Shown here piece by piece: positions 45,183 through 50,248 of a DNA stretch of 50,248 nucleotides (positions within the stretch are counted from its first letter, which is position 1; the number at the start of each line of letters is the position of its first letter). The DNA lies in IMG/VR virus record IMGVR_UViG_3300026320_000003, positions 1 through 50,248 of that record; one strand, 5' to 3'. The translations under genes and the position numbers were made by a program. Source of the stretch: a virus (taxonomy: Duplodnaviria > Caudoviricetes). The notes under the pieces are model-generated. The model was not told the DNA's origin and did no database searches. It saw only the letters and a program-made list of their open reading frames with translations.

Positions 45183-45412
45183 GGACATTTGTTGCTGTTT
45201 ACAGCGATTGGCTATAAGCTGCTACAGGCTCATGCGTCCTGTTACGCACTTACGGCTATAGCCGTCCTTTGCTACCCTCGTTTGGGTCTACTGGACCCGG
45301 AGACTTGGACCTAGTGTATCCTGAGATTGTGTGGGGAAGATCGGGCTGCCGCCCATGTTATGGGCAACGCACTTACGGCCTTCTTCGTTCCCGTTCTCAT
45401 TGCTACACTAGG
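45183..45412 (-). ncRNA. Candidate two-domain structured RNA
   Basis: Nested stems, with motif GCCGTAAGTGCGT-hairpin-RGCAGC present twice. Confidence 0.5.
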
Positions 45413-45448
45413 GTAGAGGTATTGGTAGGGGCCAAGAGGCCCTCAACC

Positions 45449-46069
45449 TTAGTGAGCCGTGGCGGACACTCCCGCCTTTGGCTTCGCTCGCGGTGCGACC
45501 TTCCCCGCCTGAGTCTTAGACAGGGTGGACTTCTTCTTAGCATTGGCTTCGGCTGCTTTCGCAACCAGCTTCGGGCTTTCCTTAATCAAGGACTTGATAA
45601 GGTCAACCTTTACAGGCACCTTAGCACGTTCCTCAAGGTTAGCCTTGGCTTGTTCGACAATGCTTGGATCTTGCGCAAGCATTTCATTAGCCGCAGCGGT
45701 GATTTCCTTAGGCTCGACATGGGATATCTTCATCCCTGCCGCCTTGATCCCGTCTTTAACGAGGTTCTTGGCAAGCCGTCGGGCTTCGGTCATGACCGCA
45801 GCACTTTCGCCTGTCTTGGCCTTTTTGGCGAGGAAACGGATTTTCCCCGTCATAATTGCTTCGACATTCTTCTCAGCTTGAGCCATCGCTAGGGATGCAA
45901 GTTCTTCCGCATCCTTCGTGCTGGCTTTGGTAATCTTGCTCATACCACGATTAGCAAGTTCTTTAAGGCCGAGAAGCAAGGCCTCAGCGTAAACTTCCTC
46001 TGGAAGGTCATCGGTTTGAAACTTAACCGTGTCCTTACCTTTCGTGATAGGAACCGTGAGTTCAGCCAT
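45449..46069 (-). CDS. Lys/Ala-rich basic protein (possible nucleoid/DNA-binding)
   Basis: AGGTGA RBS; basic C-terminal tail. Confidence 0.75.
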   Translation of the reverse strand: MAELTVPITKGKDTVKFQTDDLPEEVYAEALLLGLKELANRGMSKITKASTKDAEELASLAMAQAEKNVEAIMTGKIRFLAKKAKTGESAAVMTEARRLAKNLVKDGIKAAGMKISHVEPKEITAAANEMLAQDPSIVEQAKANLEERAKVPVKVDLIKSLIKESPKLVAKAAEANAKKKSTLSKTQAGKVAPRAKPKAGVSATAH

Positions 46070-46250
46070 TAGTTTCACCTTTCGCTGTACTCTTATTAAC
46101 CGGATAGGCGCAAGGTGAGTTAGCGATAGTCATAGGGGAATGAGGGAGTCTTTATGTCCGCGTTGGGCTACCTAGAGGTAGCGCTTCGCTTACAATACTC
46201 GATCAGATAACTCCTCGTATCCTCGCCTTCTGGCTTTGGTCCGGGTGTGC

Positions 46251-46637
46251 AGGGATTGCACAGGTGAGAGGGCGGGTTGGAGTTAGTTTAGTTCCTTTGT
46301 CTTTTGTTGCTCTATCACTTCAGCAACATGCATCAAAATGCTGTATACATCCTCGTTAGATATTCCAGTATTTGATTTGAATTGATGAAACATCTCAACT
46401 AGCTGCTCAGCCATATCTTCTTTAACCTTGGCTATATAGCCACTGATCCAGGCTATGGCTTCGTTTTCTGATGTGGTGTGGTGAACAATTTCACCACTAA
46501 ACGAAACAGTCCATTTACTGTCTTGACCTTCAACGCGGTAACTCTGTTTAATCATTGGCTTGCCCTCCTTATTGCCGATAAGGTCTAAGTGTATTCGCAT
46601 AGCTTGGCTCCTATGCCCTCTCGCCGATGCAATCCCT
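46251..46637. repeat. Inverted arms A (46251-46273 / 46615-46637) enclosing one gene
   Basis: 23 bp, 3 mismatches. Confidence 0.8.
46283..46600 (-). CDS. Early hypothetical protein
   Basis: AGGAG RBS; a second in-frame RBS/ATG lies near 46555. Confidence 0.65.
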   Translation of the reverse strand: MRIHLDLIGNKEGKPMIKQSYRVEGQDSKWTVSFSGEIVHHTTSENEAIAWISGYIAKVKEDMAEQLVEMFHQFKSNTGISNEDVYSILMHVAEVIEQQKTKELN

Positions 46638-46694
46638 AATCATCTGCTCGTTAGGACATACCAAGGCTTGGTATGTCCCTTTGGTTACGGCCTG

Positions 46695-46871
46695 TTAAAA
46701 CTTCGCCGGGTATCCCTCAGCATATGGCACAATACTCATTACCACGCTTGTGCAATTAGGATACTGTTCAAGAATACGCGACATAGCTGCGTCAAGACTA
46801 GCTTCTTTGGGGAGATTGTAATCATACTCAGCTTGATCAGAGTTAACTGAGACCCAAATAGCATATTTCAT
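46695..46871 (-). CDS. Early hypothetical protein
   Basis: AGGAG RBS before MKYAIW. Confidence 0.55.
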   Translation of the reverse strand: MKYAIWVSVNSDQAEYDYNLPKEASLDAAMSRILEQYPNCTSVVMSIVPYAEGYPAKF

Positions 46872-46888
46872 TCCCTTCTCCTTTGAGT

Positions 46889-47104
46889 TTATACGCTGTG
46901 TATGTTCCATTCCCTTGCCACACTTGCAGCAGCGTCATAAGCATCTTTTAATGCCTTAGCTGCAAAGTTAAAGGCTTGATCTTCGCTTGGGAATGTCACG
47001 TTGGGCCAGTACTTACAATCAGCCCCACAACGTATAGCCGGATGATATGGACCTAAGCCATAACTTGAGGCAATGGTCCTAAACTCAATCCTGATTTCAT
47101 CCAT
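46889..47104 (-). CDS. Early hypothetical protein
   Basis: GAAGGA RBS before MDEIRIEF. Confidence 0.6.
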   Translation of the reverse strand: MDEIRIEFRTIASSYGLGPYHPAIRCGADCKYWPNVTFPSEDQAFNFAAKALKDAYDAAASVAREWNIHSV

Positions 47105-47147
47105 AGTCCTTCCCCTTAGGGCGATATGCCCTAATGAGCAGATGATC

Positions 47148-47287
47148 GGACTAGCTTTCACTGGGACATATCATTGCTGATATGTCCCTTTAGGCTTACG
47201 TCGGCCTAAGTGCTATAAAATCATACGGTGTAAGTCGTTTTCATGCTTTTCTCCATTAGGGCGATATGCCCCAGTGAAGGCTGGTCC
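47148..47287. repeat. Inverted arms C (47148-47172 / 47263-47287) enclosing a minigene
   Basis: 25 bp, 3 mismatches. Confidence 0.85.
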
Positions 47288-47421
47288 TAGACGCGGCTAA
47301 TCTGCCTTACGCCTTGTAGTATGTAGAGTGTTGATTACTAAGCATGACCCTGGCCATGCAACCGCCACTCATTGTCAAACAGCCCGGGTATGGTCCCGTC
47401 ACCTAGGGATGATATTGGTCC

Positions 47422-47583
47422 CTAACCATGTTTGGCAATACGCTTATCGTGCCATTCCTGTTCACTCACCTGCTTATGCTCGTCCTTATCTGACACTCTA
47501 GGCCAGTGAGGATTGCAAATCCCGATATGCTCGACAAGATGGCGCTTTAGACTAAACTTATGTCCACACTTACAGTAGAACAT
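47422..47583 (-). CDS. Small C2H2/C2HC-like zinc-finger protein
   Basis: MFYCKCGHKFSLKRHLVEHIGIC. Confidence 0.6.
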   Translation of the reverse strand: MFYCKCGHKFSLKRHLVEHIGICNPHWPRVSDKDEHKQVSEQEWHDKRIAKHG

Positions 47584-47631
47584 AGCCTTCGCCTTTCGTA
47601 AGGTTAGCTTGGCGTGTTGCAAGCCTAACCA

Positions 47632-47799
47632 TTAGTTATGAATAGCATATTCCCTAAGGCGATGGTGTAACGCCTCAAGCCTGCGATAGTAAGCTGTAGC
47701 CTCTGGGAAGCTATTCCCTTCCAGATCGACACAGAGTTCATTCTGTGCATCGATGATCGCTTGGGTTAGGTCTAATACCTCTTGGATAGTGAAGTCCAT
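47632..47799 (-). CDS. Early hypothetical protein, 55 aa, not in the ORF track
   Basis: GGAG RBS; MDFTIQEVLDLTQAII... Confidence 0.6.
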   Translation of the reverse strand: MDFTIQEVLDLTQAIIDAQNELCVDLEGNSFPEATAYYRRLEALHHRLREYAIHN

Positions 47800-47830
47800 A
47801 GCCTATCTCCAGCATTTCGCATCATGGCCA

Positions 47831-47839
47831 ATTATACCA
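47831..47839 (-). promoter_or_regulatory. Extended -10 promoter
   Basis: TGGTATAAT about 30 nt before ATG 47799; no clear -35. Confidence 0.6.
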
Positions 47840-47910
47840 CGAACAAATCGCGAACGCGATCACGATATTGTGAATTCCGTTCACGAATTCGTGATGCGCT
47901 GTGATAATCC

Positions 47911-48150
47911 CTACTGCCTAATCAGCTTATCTATCAAGCTAATCTTCGGCGTTGCCATCTCTTGCCATCTTGGCTCAATATCATCAAGCTTATGCTGACA
48001 ATCCTGACACATATACAACCTCGTCTCCCATTGCCTGTCGCTCCCACGCTTTGCCTCGAACTGGGGCTTACATAGCAATACCCAAACATTCCCTGACTGT
48101 ATCAATGCATGCCAGTGCAATTTGTTATTCTTACTCCGGCCTACTATCAT
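47911..48150 (-). CDS. Early Cys/His-containing protein
   Basis: GAGG/AGGA RBS; H...C...CQDC. Confidence 0.6.
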   Translation of the reverse strand: MIVGRSKNNKLHWHALIQSGNVWVLLCKPQFEAKRGSDRQWETRLYMCQDCQHKLDDIEPRWQEMATPKISLIDKLIRQ

Positions 48151-48177
48151 GGTCCTACCTCTCTCAATTCTATCCCT

Positions 48178-48206
48178 ATTATAGCACAATCCGCTGGTGA
48201 TATCAA
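48178..48206 (-). promoter_or_regulatory. Sigma70 early promoter
   Basis: TTGATA-17 nt-TATAAT with extended -10 TG. Confidence 0.8.
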
Positions 48207-48611
48207 CAACGTTTTCCAACTATCTTCGGTCTTCACCCCGTTCCCTTATCCTCCTCCTTATCCCTATCCCTATCCCCCCCTTATAGCCTTATTCCGGATC
48301 ATATGGCGTCTGTGTCCCTCCCTACCCCTTCCTGTCCTATTGGTGATATATATATAGATGGTATAGGAAGGGAAGGCAACAGGGTGGCAGGTACAGGAAG
48401 GGACTCGGAATGAGGTGGGCAGCCAGACACGGCTTATGTTTGAAGATAAGGCTATAAGAGGAATATAAGGATAGGGATAAGGTAGAGGATTAGAGAATTG
48501 TTGGCGACCGGACATTATCATCACGATTTTGTGATTTGCGTTGATGGTCGAGATGTGAGACCTTGGCGATGTGGCCAGCGCATTCCGCGCAAATGGCCCA
48601 AAGGAGCGAAG

Positions 48612-48866
48612 ATGAACGAAGTAATCTCCCTCAAGGACTTACAAGCCCAGATCGTCAAGCTGCAAGCCGACAACGCTGCCCTTCGCCAGGCCTCTGAGCG
48701 GAAGATCACCTGCAAGGTCACCGAGAAGGGCGGCGTCAGCGTCTACGGCCTCGGCCGCTTCCCTGTTACCCTCTACGGCAGCCAATGGGATAAACTCTCT
48801 GCCAACATGACCGCCATCATGGCCTTCGTCAACGCCAACCGCAGCCTACTCTCTACCAAGGACTAG
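48612..48866 (+). CDS. Conserved-looking phage hypothetical protein
   Basis: AAGGAG RBS; KVTEKGGVSVYGLGRFPVTLY. Confidence 0.75.
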   Translation: MNEVISLKDLQAQIVKLQADNAALRQASERKITCKVTEKGGVSVYGLGRFPVTLYGSQWDKLSANMTAIMAFVNANRSLLSTKD

Positions 48867-49011
48867 CCTTCCCTACCACACTGCCTTACCTACAACAGGC
48901 CCCGGGATCGACCCCCCGGGGCCAAAATTTTGTCTTCCCGCGGGGAGGCAGAGGACCTTGTTAAATTTTATCGTGTTTTTCAATAGCCCATACTTTGCGA
49001 AATCTTTCCGC

Positions 49012-49040
49012 TTGACAAATGGGAAATTGTTTAGTAGACT
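49012..49040 (+). promoter_or_regulatory. Sigma70 promoter for the rightward operon
   Basis: TTGACA-17 nt-TAGACT. Confidence 0.75.
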
Positions 49041-49051
49041 GGTGAGGAAAG

Positions 49052-49453
49052 GTGGGAAGTGATTTGATTGTGGAAGGATTCTTTGAGGTATCGTCGATCC
49101 TGCGGAGTGGGGTGTATGTCCTCGTTCATAAGGGAGTTGTCATCTATGTTGGGAAGAGCAAGGGAATGCTTTCACGAATCTATGCGCATAAATCCATGTG
49201 GGGTCAGAAGGCACGGGGCAAGGTTCCTGATTGGCTACCGATCAAAGGCATCCTCTTTGACGAGGTCTTTGTTAGGCCTTGTCCGGTCGATCTTCTCGAC
49301 GAACTCGAACTGGAAATGATCAATCTCTACAAGCCAAAGTTCAACACCAGACTTAAGTCCCCAGGGGCCACCGATCGGCCCTTTAGCGTTGTGGTAAACG
49401 GAGTAACCTTGGCCTTTAATGCTAAGCCAGCCCCAATCGAAAGGCGAATCTAA
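49052..49453 (+). CDS. GIY-YIG nuclease family protein ending IERRI
   Basis: SGVYVL..VIYVGKS...RIYAH...ELEMINLYKPKFN. Confidence 0.85.
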   Translation: MGSDLIVEGFFEVSSILRSGVYVLVHKGVVIYVGKSKGMLSRIYAHKSMWGQKARGKVPDWLPIKGILFDEVFVRPCPVDLLDELELEMINLYKPKFNTRLKSPGATDRPFSVVVNGVTLAFNAKPAPIERRI

Positions 49454-49455
49454 CC

Positions 49456-50190
49456 GTGCCCCTCCATCGAGGTAAAATCTCTACCAAGCCTGAGATTCTC
49501 AAAGTGAGACCGCTCACTAGGGAAGACTTGGCATTGGTCTTAGATAAGCGAGCCGATGGTGAGGGCCGACCAGTTGTAGGTGCTGTTCGTCGATTCCGTG
49601 ACCCTCACCATCGCGTCGCTCGCCTGTTCGCCTCTGGCTTGAGATTGTCTGAGGTTGTCGAACGCTGTGGTTATTCCTACCAGCGTGTCCACACCCTCTC
49701 AACCGACCCTACCTTTCAACAACTAGTTACCAAGTATCGCGAGAAGGTCGATGCGGCCTTCGTCGCCAATGCCGATGAATTCTACGACCTTGCCACTTCC
49801 AACATGCGCAAGGCTGAAACCATGATCGCCGAGCGGCTCGAAAAGGCTGAAGAGGAAGAGATCGACCTTCCACTCAAGACCCTAGTCGACATCTCTGGCG
49901 ATCGCATGGATCGATTCGGCTATGGCAAGCGCCAGACTAATCTCAACGTCAATGCCGACTTTGCCTCCCTACTCGAAAAGGCCATCGTCCGTTCCGGTAA
50001 AACCATTGAGGCGACGGCTATTCCTTCTCCTCGCCTCACTCCTCCGAGGGATCGCCTGCCGCTAGCCTCGGAGGAGTTCTCTATTGAGGCCGAACGCACC
50101 CCCGGTCCTCAATCCCCTGAGCGGGAATCGCGCCCACCGGTCGCTCAGGGGGCTCAACAAGTGAAGGAGCGACTCCTTCGCCGAGTCTAG
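49456..50190 (+). CDS. HTH protein, probable terminase small subunit
   Basis: HHRVARLFASGL...CGYSYQRV..DPTF; lies upstream of terL across the circular junction. Confidence 0.6.
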   Translation: MPLHRGKISTKPEILKVRPLTREDLALVLDKRADGEGRPVVGAVRRFRDPHHRVARLFASGLRLSEVVERCGYSYQRVHTLSTDPTFQQLVTKYREKVDAAFVANADEFYDLATSNMRKAETMIAERLEKAEEEEIDLPLKTLVDISGDRMDRFGYGKRQTNLNVNADFASLLEKAIVRSGKTIEATAIPSPRLTPPRDRLPLASEEFSIEAERTPGPQSPERESRPPVAQGAQQVKERLLRRV

Positions 50191-50248
50191 GACAGGTTGC
50201 TGATGACTGATTATGGAAGAATTGGCTTGGTTCAACCATTTGATCTCC
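50122..50248. repeat. 127-nt terminal direct repeat (copy 2)
   Basis: Identical to 1..127. Confidence 0.95.

Larger units (their letters stand above)
46639..47146. repeat. Inverted arms B (46639-46662 / 47123-47146) enclosing two genes
   Basis: 24 bp, 3 mismatches. Confidence 0.85.

Noticed and set aside
45183-45412. tRNA, SRP RNA, hammerhead or twister ribozyme
   Set aside because: No cloverleaf or T-loop, no CUGAUGA/GAAA core, and only a partial AGCAGC resemblance to SRP domain IV
46251-47287. IS/MITE or integron attC array
   Set aside because: No transposase or integrase, no target-site duplications seen, arms differ between cassettes and lack GTTRRRY/RYYYAAC cores
48898-48930. GC hairpin as a terminator
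   Set aside because: The stem is good but is followed by AAAA before the T run; function is ambiguous, so it is not called
50122-50248. 127-nt repeat as a biological terminal repeat
   Set aside because: The length equals a standard assembler k-mer and it falls within coding sequence; it indicates circular assembly only

Overview
The window is an apparently complete, circularly assembled dsDNA podophage genome of about 50.1 kb; the last 127 nt repeat the first 127 nt. The + strand (49052 through the origin to 30907) carries packaging, head, tail and lysis genes in a BPP-1/T7-type order: terminase, portal, scaffold, major capsid, tail tubular A/B, internal virion proteins and a GH108 endolysin. 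The - strand (48150 to 30904) carries early genes and a replication module: UvrD-like helicase, PD-(D/E)XK nuclease, AAA_24 ATPase, SSB-like protein, a split family A DNA polymerase with a UDG-like domain, and a DUF3987 NTPase. I see no integrase, RNA polymerase, primase, reverse transcriptase, tRNA or CRISPR array. An alphaproteobacterial host is a weak inference from a GcrA-like gene. The most unusual observations are: (1) seven proteins in the virion operon, including the collar-domain fibre, with Sec/Tat-type signal peptides; (2) a shared C-terminal RR[I/V] tail on six or seven unrelated proteins; (3) three back-to-back early-gene cassettes, each enclosed by its own 23-25 bp inverted arms; (4) a two-domain structured RNA candidate; (5) a polymerase split inside its exonuclease domain, with non-canonical motifs. 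All family calls come from motif recognition by eye, not from database searches.
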